Assembly: GCA_044376115.1 (NCBI GenBank) | Contig: JBILLK010000020.1 | Span: 138,777 to 202,776, forward strand | Reading direction: 5' to 3' | Source: Polyangiaceae bacterium | Lineage (GTDB): Bacteria > Myxococcota_A > Polyangia > Polyangiales > Polyangiaceae | DNA length: 64,000 bases | Shown here: positions 54,601 to 62,895 of the stretch, piece by piece | How the letters are laid out: every line of letters starts with the position of its first letter | How positions within the stretch are numbered: position 1 is the first letter of the stretch | Program-made: the position numbers and the translations under genes | The notes under the pieces: model-generated | What the model saw: the letters and a program-made list of their open reading frames with translations, nothing else | Databases searched by the model: none | Told to the model about the DNA's origin: nothing

Positions 54601-56990
54601 TTAGCGATCGGAAGATCAGGTGCTAGTTCGGCTGCAACCTTGGCTGCACCTTCGGCCGCTTCTGTCCAACCGTTGGCTTCTGCTTCCGTACCACTCTCGC
54701 TTGCGGCGCGCTGCGCGGCGAGTTGGTGGCGAAGTGCGCACTCCGTCATGAGCACGGCCGTGAGGGGTGAGCCTGGCAGGCTCTCAACGTGCTCGCGCAG
54801 GTAGCGAACGCCGTCGATGCCGCCGCCAGCAGTCAGAATCCTCGCGATCGTCTCGGAGGTAGGTGCGTCTTGATGAAGCTGTTCGTAGCTTTGACGGGCT
54901 TGTTCACTATTACCCGCAACCTCAGCAAGGATCGCAGCGGCAACCAACGCGGTTGCGTCCGGGCTCCCGTCACTTCCCCATGTGGAGACCGTTTGGGCAA
55001 CACGCTCGGCGCTGCCCGCGTCGATGTCGAGCTCGAGCATGAGCGCGCGCACATACGGCGAGGGTTCGGCAGAATTGCCGCTGGCCTGCGCAAGCTCACC
55101 AACTGCGGAATCAACAGCGGCACGAACCTCAGGCGACATGCCCAGGGCAGCGCCAGCCGCAGGTACCGAGGTCCCTAGTGTTCTACCGAGTAACGAGGAC
55201 GCTCGGCCTAGCGGCTCCCCGGGCTGAATAAACTGCAACCGACTGAGGCGCTGAGAAGGTGAACCGACCAGCGCAGCGACCACCGGCGCCGACAGTTCCG
55301 CGACAACCTCCGACTCCTCGGCAGCGGTTGCGCCTGCATCGTCCACGACGCCGGAGAGCGTCTCACGTGCAGCCCGGCCGCTCGGCGTTGGGTCCGCAGC
55401 GTCAAGCGCCGCAAGCGCAATGCGGTCCACCGGGTTGAAGACGCTGCTATCGCGAGCATCGGTCGGTTGACCAAGCTCCACGGCCGCGCGGGCGAGAGCA
55501 CGCCTCGACGCAGCTGATGCGGTACCGTCTGCGGCCGTACGCAGGGCCGCAATCGACTCGGGTCGGGTGGCAGGATTGGCGCTGGCAAAGGCTGCTCCCA
55601 GCCAGCTGGCCGCGCTCGAGAAGCTCGCTTGCCGTAACAACATCACTTGTTCGACAGCTGCGGCAGAGCCCTCTCCCGCAATCGCTTGCCGCGCCCACAA
55701 GACAGCTTCCGCGACGTGACGAGGAACTCGATTGCCGTTCGACTTGGGCGTGAAGCCGCGCAGTCCCGCGACAATACCAATGCCCGCGCCAAGCTCAGCC
55801 AATGCGTCCGGATCAGAAAGCTTTAGCTTGCCGATTTGCGCCGGGTCTTGCGAACGCACAGCCTCGACAAATTTTGACACGACTGGGCGTGGATCCTGAG
55901 GCTGGGCGCGTGCGGCCTGCTCCACTCGCTTCTTGTAGCCGGCGTCGTCTTGCAAAATGATCCGAGAGACTTCGGCCAGCATCCAGGCGGCGTGCGCTCG
56001 CGCTTCGGGCGTCGGCATGTGCCGAACCTCTGTCTCCAAGCCCTCCGTCGCCTGCTGCCAATCGCCCGCACGCACCGACATCGCGCGGTGCTGCCGCAGC
56101 GGGAACGCAAGATTCGGGGCCAGCTGGTTTGCTTCGCGCGCAGTGCTCGCAGCGAGGTCGTCTTCACCCCCTTGAGCAAACAACTCGGACGCTACGAGCA
56201 ACAGTCGTGAACGAGCTGTCTTGTCCGCGGTGAGTTGGGCTTCCGCGACGAAAAACTCAGCCCGCTCGATCACGGCCCTTGTGCCGCCGGGCCGAGTCGC
56301 GAGCACGGTGGCAGCGTCGAGTTCGTCGTTGAAGCCAAGCGTGGGTAGCGGCGCTCTGGGCGGCGCGACCAACTTCTCGCGCGGCGGCGCAGGCGCAAGG
56401 ACCTCGTTCACCGCGTCTGGCTCGACCTCTGCCTCGACCTCGAGGTCTTCAGCTGCATCGGCCGCAACCTCGCCATCGAGGAAGGACTCCGAGTGCGCGG
56501 CAGGCTGCAGTTCGATGGGCCGACCAGCGAACGGATTGTGCTCAGCCGAAACGACGCTGGTCATTCCGCCATCGTCGTCATCGTCATCGACATCGACATC
56601 CTGCTTCGCAACCACTGGCACGACGCTGGGAGCGATGATGGTTGCACCCGACGCATCGTCCTCCTCCTCCTCCAGCGTCGCTAACGCCAACTCTTCGGCG
56701 TTGGGGTCTGGAAGGGTTGCAATCGAGCCGCGAGGCGCAGGCCGAGGGGCAACTGCTTGAGGCCAGCCGGGCGGCGCAACCACCTCAGCGGCCGCCTCTG
56801 CTGGGACCACGGGCGTTGGGGCGGGCGGCGCAGACTCTGCCGCGGGAGCATCATCGCGGGGGGCATCGTCAAACAACATGTCGAGGAGCGCGTCCCCCTC
56901 GTCAGCCGTTGGTAGCGCTTCTCGAATCGAGTCGGAACTCTTCGGGAACATGCCCGGGAGTCCACCCGCACCACTCTTTTGGTCACTCAC
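51630..56990 (-). CDS. Giant TPR-repeat protein (1786 aa) with acidic low-complexity N-terminus
   Basis: Many TPR-like units (e.g. ALDANPDHVEAL, ILEENPSHVRTL); start overlaps the upstream stop (GTGA). Confidence 0.88.
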   Translation of the reverse strand: MSDQKSGAGGLPGMFPKSSDSIREALPTADEGDALLDMLFDDAPRDDAPAAESAPPAPTPVVPAEAAAEVVAPPGWPQAVAPRPAPRGSIATLPDPNAEELALATLEEEEDDASGATIIAPSVVPVVAKQDVDVDDDDDDGGMTSVVSAEHNPFAGRPIELQPAAHSESFLDGEVAADAAEDLEVEAEVEPDAVNEVLAPAPPREKLVAPPRAPLPTLGFNDELDAATVLATRPGGTRAVIERAEFFVAEAQLTADKTARSRLLLVASELFAQGGEDDLAASTAREANQLAPNLAFPLRQHRAMSVRAGDWQQATEGLETEVRHMPTPEARAHAAWMLAEVSRIILQDDAGYKKRVEQAARAQPQDPRPVVSKFVEAVRSQDPAQIGKLKLSDPDALAELGAGIGIVAGLRGFTPKSNGNRVPRHVAEAVLWARQAIAGEGSAAAVEQVMLLRQASFSSAASWLGAAFASANPATRPESIAALRTAADGTASAASRRALARAAVELGQPTDARDSSVFNPVDRIALAALDAADPTPSGRAARETLSGVVDDAGATAAEESEVVAELSAPVVAALVGSPSQRLSRLQFIQPGEPLGRASSLLGRTLGTSVPAAGAALGMSPEVRAAVDSAVGELAQASGNSAEPSPYVRALMLELDIDAGSAERVAQTVSTWGSDGSPDATALVAAAILAEVAGNSEQARQSYEQLHQDAPTSETIARILTAGGGIDGVRYLREHVESLPGSPLTAVLMTECALRHQLAAQRAASESGTEAEANGWTEAAEGAAKVAAELAPDLPIANHLGELGARGRADQEALLEWLRFRREASDDPIERAHDLVREALLISDGESVTASTLLEEALRARPDDCGLRDLYERLSTEPPSDRAEWREARASEGANADEAGKIDAGRLAVEAALEYERTGDLDAAARCARLAESLGEKELSPIASYRFALSGHGTAELIDALLPEARSTENPNLRLEIYERLAELDERGRDDTASGLLFRRTILEENPSHVRTLRRVASVLMSGGREDELEPIAMELARTLEGGEAAAYAALASRLRWRTAWEQTSEPVAIAYAQQPRPLWAIRQMSAHARNRRDYALVAACEKELLTLTDRPTEQATLALRAAEALTQMGEVGPARELLVAAVEACPQHIVARLSLASTLENAEAYAEATEHLEAAARELVSPEWRAELDYRAAILFQDKLGEQDRARAALERVGAFDPNYAEVFDRLRAIYTATNARSELAELLARRLSAIEDPAERVEMEVMRGRALAEVGDSQAAKRALAAALDANPDHVEALSSFAELCSEEGDYEGAEQSLIRLARLTADPDRQIDIYFRLGALYDEPLANPDRAEAAYQEILKRRPADENGRARLISLYRRTGNQARAVEEQNVLVNGAESPDDKCARTVELAEIMEEMGEVKKAENTLVVARKSFPKSDLALRALVQFYQRTGQAPAASVLLDRAVADARRALATGRFETFLFETLGSAAELRGRTAAAEVANATVHAIEGRPSELAGVGLHAANAAIDDLLAPEVMTPAFRELLLRTGPMLDTAFPYDLDAIRASALPANQSSLAAEVREVAEAYGLAKIQVFSSSVLGPVCVPARAYPPTLVMGHTLVEQAESAERTFLIHRATKVLQANAAVFARTAPIDLWPLLAAYLRAFSRDFAPQGVDAARFTEALNRLQRAIPEGLAADTATLAADVIGTIGNRASTLNSAINGWGSRAGLLATGNPSVALTAIAWAGGNANGPPSSGKDRLTWIGRNAEARDLMIFSVADPYADARARSLG

Positions 56991-59900
56991 CGGACCCCCA
57001 TGCCGAGTTTCCGGCGGAGTTCAAGATACCCAGGCGAAAGCACGAACTTCAGCAAAGTCTTAGCCCGATCGTTGTCTTTGACGGCGTCTTCAAGCTCAGT
57101 ACGGGGACGTCCCAACATGTTTGCGAGGACGATCGAGACGTCACCAGCCGCCAAGGCGGCCATGCGATCACAACTGCGAACCGCCGCGCCGACCCAAGCT
57201 CTCGGGTCTTGCCCAACGCGCTGAATATCCAGTGCAAAGGGGGGAGCCGCCTTCTTGACCCGCTTGGAGATACCCTTGTGAACTGCACGGGATATTTCAC
57301 CGTAGAGCGGGTACCCCGGATTGGGAATCGGCACGCCGAGTTCATTGCAGACGGCGATCGCTACGGCCGCTACGGACGAGTCATCATGGTGTCGAACGCA
57401 AGTTATTCCCCTGCGTAGGGCGAACACTTCTCGCGCGACAGCCGAACGAGATGCCGGGTCCAACGGGGATTGAACTTCTGCGCCGATCACCAGGCCCGGT
57501 AGGTCACCAGAGATCACCCCGGTCACGCCGGCGGCCTCTCGACCCCCAACGTACAGCTCAAAGTCCTGATCAAAACCTAGTGCACCAAGCCACTGGGCAA
57601 CCTCGAGTCGAAGCGGCGGCCCGCCTTTGGCATCGACTCGGTTTTTGCGCCCAACTTGGAGTGACTCAGTCGAGGGTCCAAGCGCCAAAAGCGCGGTCTC
57701 CGCAGCGACCGAGAACAACCCTTGAACAGGCCCCGAGTCTGCTGGATCAGCGATTTCAGCCAACGAGCGTGCGTCCAGCACAGACTGCGGCCGAGACAGG
57801 ATCTTGGCATCAAGTTGCGTCAACTCCTCGGTGATGGCCCGCTCGGTCTTCCCAAGCGCAACCAGCACGCCGAGTGTGGCTTGTCGGAGAGGCAGATCGC
57901 CTTGCGCAGCCGCGATTCTCGCCAACAGCTGAACCCGCGCGCGGTCGCAAGGGTCACGTTGCAACGATTCGACCATCCGCTGCTTGCCTCGCGTGAGCGC
58001 CGCAGCGCGAAAACTCTCGGAGAAGGCCGTACCGAGGATCAGCTCGAGCGCCTCCGGGTCATCCGGAACTTCCTCAATCAAGCGGGTCACGGCCTGCAAC
58101 GCGGACTCGGGCTTTTGCACCTTGTCGCGCCAGATGGCCATCGCCAGCCTCGCCGCATCCACCCGACCAGACGCAGTGTCACGCTCGTTCATCAGCGTCT
58201 CGAGCATGCTCGTTGCCTCGGACCAGGAGCCGGTACGAGCTGCCGCTCGAGCTAACCGTTCACGCACTGGCAGCGTCGAAAGGCCTTCCTTGTGGAGCTG
58301 AACCAATACCGCGAGCGCCCTCTCCGGCTGATTCAACTTGTTCTCGTAAAGGTCACAGGCGGTGATACCCGACACGAGGCGTTCTTGTTTTGGCGCCTCC
58401 GGACTCTGGGACAGGCGTGCCATGAGTGGAGCCGCGCCAGCGAAGTCACCTTTCTGAATGCAAATCGTACCGGACAGCGCGAGCGCGCCGACATGGTCCG
58501 GTTCAAGCATGGTTACGTGCTCGAGGGCTTCCAGCGCCGCGTCGTTGTTACCGCGCTTCTGCAACACGCGCGCGCGCTCCCAAAACAACTTGACCAACTC
58601 GGCGTTGTCGTTGGCAACTTCGACACGCCGCTCGATCAGCGCGAGCAGGCGGTCATCTTCCTTGCGGGCACGCACCCGTCGGAACAGCTTGTCGAAGGCC
58701 TTGCCACAGCGGGCGTCGCGGGCGAAGGCACGGTCGAGAGCGATTTCGGCATCATCGTGATGCTCGGTGCGATCGAGCAAGAGAAGCCCTGCGTGCTCCC
58801 AGTAGCGAGCACCACGTGCGTCATCGAGACAGAGTTGCCCCAGCTGGGCACAAGCCATCGCCGTTTCAACGGGGTTGTCGAGGATCTCAGCGGCGGCACG
58901 GACGCCTTCCCAGCCCGCAAGGTCCTCTGGACGAGCCTCAACCACAACCTTGAAGGTCTCGAAGGCCGAGTTTGGCTCTCCTGCTGCGAGGTCACTGTAG
59001 CCAGCCAGGAGCAGAGCATCGACGTAGGCCTCCGCGCCCATCACTTCGTCGAGGCCGTGTAGTGCAACGGCGCGACGGCGCGGGTCACAGCCGGGCGGCG
59101 CGAGCTCTAGATTTGCGAGCCGCCCCGAAGCGTGGCTCGCCTTCAACAAGGGAAGCGGTGAAGCTGGCCGGTCGAGCATGGACACGATCACAGCCGAGGC
59201 AGCCATGGCTTCCCCTGCCGCGCCCGTGAGCGAAGAAGCGAGCAGTTGCCGCGCCTCGATTTCGGTTTCGCGATCCGCGGAGTGGTCGGCTGCTACCAAC
59301 AACTCGAGCGCCGTATGGACCGCGGGCTCGGCTTCACTCCAGTGCCGTGCGCAAGCCAACGCCGCCTCGACATCTTGGTCGACATCGCGTGCGATGCGCA
59401 GCCGCTCGGCTCGAGCGAGCAACGAAGCTTCACCGCCTTCACTCTCGAGCAGATCGACTGCCGCAAGAGCTTGATCGCGGTTTGCGGTTGCTGGCCCGTA
59501 GAGCAATCGACCCAACGCAGCCGCCAGCGCCAAATCACGCGAGGTACCTTCCGCAGGAGCCTGCTCGGCTGACTCGAGCGCAGTGATTGCCGCGCCTTCA
59601 TCACCACCGCCAAGCACCTCGAGAGCGAACCGTTCGAGCTGCGCTGCGTAAACGTCCGCCCCTGACAGCGAACCAGCCTCTGCCTCGAGCAGCGCCCTGC
59701 GAGCTTCGAGACCACTGGCAACAGACCCACGCCGAGCCCAAGAGAGCAAACGAACGGCAGCGTTGGAGTCGGCGGCCGCAGCGACCTCGAGTTGGGCCAC
59801 CGCGCCGTTTCGATCTCCGCCCGACCAAAGCAGAAATGCAGCCTCGATCCTCAAGGAATTGGCCAGGCTCGAATCCGAGCAAGCATCGGCGCACGTAGCC

Positions 59901-61768
59901 AACGGCAAGGCCGCCTCGGCGGCACTCGACCCGTCCGAGCCACGCAGAAGCTCCGAGAGGAACACGGCCACCAGCTCGTCGCTCGGATCAGCTTGCTGCA
60001 GAAGCCGCAACCGCTCGACTGCGCCGGCAGGCTCTCCACCAAGCGCCGCGCGCAGCGCCGCGACCACCGCAAGACCACGGGCCAACCCCGGGTTCGACTC
60101 CGAGGCCGCCAACGCGTCCATCGCGGTGGGCGATCGCAGCTCGGGCTCGCCACCCGTTCGTGAAGAGCCTAAACCAACAGCGCATCCGGCCAACATGCGG
60201 CCAAGCCAAGCCGAGCGCGCGAGCGGCCCCACACCCTCGAGCAGCGCGAGTGCGGTGAAAGCCTCGTGTGCTCCAGCGTTGTTGCCCGCGAGCAAACGGA
60301 TGCGACCTAACTCAAACCAAAGATCGGCCTTGTGCGCTGGCTCGAGTTCGAGACCGAGCAGCTCTTCCGTTGCAGCCTCGTACCAACCATTGTCTCCAGC
60401 TACAGCCGCGAGTGAACGCGCCAAACGCCGGGAGGTTGTGGGGCTCAAGCCCAGCGACACAGCGCGGCTGAGTGCGGCCTGCGCGGTATTCGATTCGCCT
60501 GCTAGAACGGCCCAAACGTAAGCCGCCAGCACGAAGCCGCGACTCTGCGCTGACTTCGTACGGAAGGAACTCGCACAGCCTTCGATGGCTCCAGCAAGTG
60601 CCTGTGGCTCCTGCCCGTCGACGAGCAGGTCGAGCTCGATCGCTCGTGCCGGAATTGCCTCAGGGTCGGCTGTGAGTGCATTGCGAAGGGCATCGAGAGC
60701 CTGCGCACGATCGTTAGCAAGCGCGGCCGACTCAGCAATACGCAGCCACAAGGATGCGGCGTTCCTGCCCATCGCGCCGGCGTTCAGCTCGGAGCGAGCA
60801 AGCTCCGCGGCCCGCTCGAGGTCGCCTTGGAGCTCGAGTGCACCAAGCCTCGCACGCGCAACGACGTTCGAGTTCGGTACGCGCCTCGAGGCCTCGTGCA
60901 GGAGGGCGTTGGCCGCCTCCACGTCACCTAGTCGCTTGCGAATCTCTGCGGCTCTCAACCAGGCATCAGCGGCAAACGCGGCGGTGCGCATGAAATTGGG
61001 GACGCCAATCTCCTCGCCTCGCGACGGATCGTCGAGGACTTCAACGACCAGATCTGCCTGGCCTTCGAGCGCGCGAGCGAGAACGTCGAGGTCGGCGGCT
61101 TGTTGAGCAACGCGCTCGAGCACCAACCGAGTCTGAAACCTTGCCCGGCCCTCGAGGGCTGCGGCAGCGTCCAGATGCTCGTAGGCACGAGACGTCTGCC
61201 CAACCTTGGCAGCAAGTTCAGCCAATTGAATGTAGAGCAGAGCCTTGTAAGTTGCGTCCCCAACGAGCGGCAACCGCGCTTCGATTGCCCGCATGACGCC
61301 AGCAACGTCGCCCGCCTCCGCAGCAAGCAGCTCCAACTCGAGCCAGGCTGCCATCTCGTCCGGGAATTCGGTGACGGCTTCCTCGAGACGCGCGCGAGCG
61401 TCCTCTTTGTTCTTGTCGTGCTCTAGTGCGACGACCGCCAACTCGCGCAGCGCACGCGCGCGCTCCTCGGGCGTTGGCGCGTTTTTCGCCATCGTGTCGA
61501 GCAACTTCGCGAGATTCTTGAAGGAGCGTCGGCGCGACAGAATGCGCACGAGCGACTCGAGCGGCTCGCGGAAATCCGCATCTGCGTTGTAGGCAGCGAG
61601 ATAATCGCGCGCGGCTAGCGGTTCTTCACCGCCTGCTTCATGGAGGACGCCGACCTCGTGCAGAAGAAGGGCGTGAAGTCCGCGGTCCTGCGACGCGGCG
61701 ATTTCCCCTCTCAGCCTATCGGTCAGCGCGGTGTTGGTGCGTTGGTCGGCCTGAGTCTCGGCGGTCAT
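56987..61768 (-). CDS. Giant TPR-repeat protein (~1590 aa)
   Basis: TPR-like units (LEPDHVGAL, EVPDDPEAL); ATG 61768 preferred because the longer start lies inside a terminator-like hairpin. Confidence 0.88.
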   Translation of the reverse strand: MTAETQADQRTNTALTDRLRGEIAASQDRGLHALLLHEVGVLHEAGGEEPLAARDYLAAYNADADFREPLESLVRILSRRRSFKNLAKLLDTMAKNAPTPEERARALRELAVVALEHDKNKEDARARLEEAVTEFPDEMAAWLELELLAAEAGDVAGVMRAIEARLPLVGDATYKALLYIQLAELAAKVGQTSRAYEHLDAAAALEGRARFQTRLVLERVAQQAADLDVLARALEGQADLVVEVLDDPSRGEEIGVPNFMRTAAFAADAWLRAAEIRKRLGDVEAANALLHEASRRVPNSNVVARARLGALELQGDLERAAELARSELNAGAMGRNAASLWLRIAESAALANDRAQALDALRNALTADPEAIPARAIELDLLVDGQEPQALAGAIEGCASSFRTKSAQSRGFVLAAYVWAVLAGESNTAQAALSRAVSLGLSPTTSRRLARSLAAVAGDNGWYEAATEELLGLELEPAHKADLWFELGRIRLLAGNNAGAHEAFTALALLEGVGPLARSAWLGRMLAGCAVGLGSSRTGGEPELRSPTAMDALAASESNPGLARGLAVVAALRAALGGEPAGAVERLRLLQQADPSDELVAVFLSELLRGSDGSSAAEAALPLATCADACSDSSLANSLRIEAAFLLWSGGDRNGAVAQLEVAAAADSNAAVRLLSWARRGSVASGLEARRALLEAEAGSLSGADVYAAQLERFALEVLGGGDEGAAITALESAEQAPAEGTSRDLALAAALGRLLYGPATANRDQALAAVDLLESEGGEASLLARAERLRIARDVDQDVEAALACARHWSEAEPAVHTALELLVAADHSADRETEIEARQLLASSLTGAAGEAMAASAVIVSMLDRPASPLPLLKASHASGRLANLELAPPGCDPRRRAVALHGLDEVMGAEAYVDALLLAGYSDLAAGEPNSAFETFKVVVEARPEDLAGWEGVRAAAEILDNPVETAMACAQLGQLCLDDARGARYWEHAGLLLLDRTEHHDDAEIALDRAFARDARCGKAFDKLFRRVRARKEDDRLLALIERRVEVANDNAELVKLFWERARVLQKRGNNDAALEALEHVTMLEPDHVGALALSGTICIQKGDFAGAAPLMARLSQSPEAPKQERLVSGITACDLYENKLNQPERALAVLVQLHKEGLSTLPVRERLARAAARTGSWSEATSMLETLMNERDTASGRVDAARLAMAIWRDKVQKPESALQAVTRLIEEVPDDPEALELILGTAFSESFRAAALTRGKQRMVESLQRDPCDRARVQLLARIAAAQGDLPLRQATLGVLVALGKTERAITEELTQLDAKILSRPQSVLDARSLAEIADPADSGPVQGLFSVAAETALLALGPSTESLQVGRKNRVDAKGGPPLRLEVAQWLGALGFDQDFELYVGGREAAGVTGVISGDLPGLVIGAEVQSPLDPASRSAVAREVFALRRGITCVRHHDDSSVAAVAIAVCNELGVPIPNPGYPLYGEISRAVHKGISKRVKKAAPPFALDIQRVGQDPRAWVGAAVRSCDRMAALAAGDVSIVLANMLGRPRTELEDAVKDNDRAKTLLKFVLSPGYLELRRKLGMGVR

Positions 61769-61838
61769 GCTGGGGGGATCTTCTCCAAATGGGCGCCCGA
61801 GATTAGCGACCAGGGCGCACGCTCGTAAAGCAGTTCGC

Positions 61839-61894
61839 AAAAAACGCCCCAACCGCGGGCGACGAGGCTAAGAAACCCCGCCGCGTTGGGTGCG
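61839..61894 (-). terminator. Possible intrinsic terminator after the PHA-system gene
   Basis: Minus strand: CGCACCCAACGCGG...CCGCGGTTGGGGCG imperfect stem immediately followed by TTTTTT. Confidence 0.55.
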
Positions 61895-61907
61895 ACAATG
61901 AAGGTGA

Positions 61908-62201
61908 CTACTGAGACAGCGCCCGGTCGAGACGCTCGTTGACCTTCGACTCGACAGTTCCCTTCATGGGACGGAGCAAGAACGGAAGGTCAATTTCAAC
62001 CCGCAGTAGCGTTGCTTCAACCGTAACCTGGCCGGAGGCCCCCTTCGCCATGCCGCTCGGTGCGTCGAACTTGATGTTGTTCCCATCCCATCGCCACTCA
62101 ATCCCGAGCTTGTCTTTCATGCCGGTGGCGAGTTCCTCGGCTTTCTTCTTTGCTGCGTCGATGCCGAGATTGTGGGTTCGCTTGATGTCAATGGTTGCCA
62201 T
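61908..62201 (-). CDS. Polyhydroxyalkanoic acid system family protein
   Basis: MATIDIKRTHNLG..A, W.G..I.F and LPFLLRPMKG.VE pattern; 97 aa. Confidence 0.85.
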   Translation of the reverse strand: MATIDIKRTHNLGIDAAKKKAEELATGMKDKLGIEWRWDGNNIKFDAPSGMAKGASGQVTVEATLLRVEIDLPFLLRPMKGTVESKVNERLDRALSQ

Positions 62202-62224
62202 ACGCGTCGTCCTCGAGGAACGCT

Positions 62225-62818
62225 TTACTCCAACCGCTTGAATACGTAAAACCCTCGTGGCGAGTCGACCGGACCACCTACTTCGCCAACCCCGAGGGAG
62301 AATAGGACGTGCTGGGGTGCTGGCTCCATGAACCCTGGCTGGATGACACCCGCGTCGGGGACGAAGACGTCGCCTCGGCGCCCTGCGGACGCAAAGTCAG
62401 CCTCTTGCGCCAAGCTCTTTGCAAGTTCCAACGCGCGATCGCGCGCCCTCGCCTGGGGCTCGGCTTGCTCCGCCCCCTTGTAGCTCACCAGGATTGCGCC
62501 GAAACGGACCTGCGCAGGAGCCGACTTCGACAGCGGTGGGGGCACGGATCCGTCAAGCAGAGTAGCCCCAGCACCCACGTTCTCCTTTGGAAGAGCTGGA
62601 AGCTCCCCGGTGAAGGGGGTCGCCGATTCGAGATTTGGTGCTGAAAGCGCAAGCACGGCGCTGCTGACCACCATCGCAGTGTCCACGGCGAGCACTGGAC
62701 CACCCGAAGTCGGCGCAACGGACGGAGCGGGGCGAACCCCCGGTGGGCGGCTCAACACGAGCACGGCAATCGCGCCGGTGACGCAAAGCAGGAAGAGCGC
62801 GCTCACCCACCGGTGCAT
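62225..62818 (-). CDS. Membrane-anchored parvulin/PpiC-like protein (degenerate)
   Basis: N-terminal TM; ILVSYKGA and LGVGEVGGPVDSPRGFYVFKR. Confidence 0.75.
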   Translation of the reverse strand: MHRWVSALFLLCVTGAIAVLVLSRPPGVRPAPSVAPTSGGPVLAVDTAMVVSSAVLALSAPNLESATPFTGELPALPKENVGAGATLLDGSVPPPLSKSAPAQVRFGAILVSYKGAEQAEPQARARDRALELAKSLAQEADFASAGRRGDVFVPDAGVIQPGFMEPAPQHVLFSLGVGEVGGPVDSPRGFYVFKRLE

Positions 62819-62895
62819 CCGGCGGCGTTACCACACTTTCGGGCCCGGGGAATGGGAAGCGTGATACATCTTGCGGCAGCGACGACGGGTGAAGA

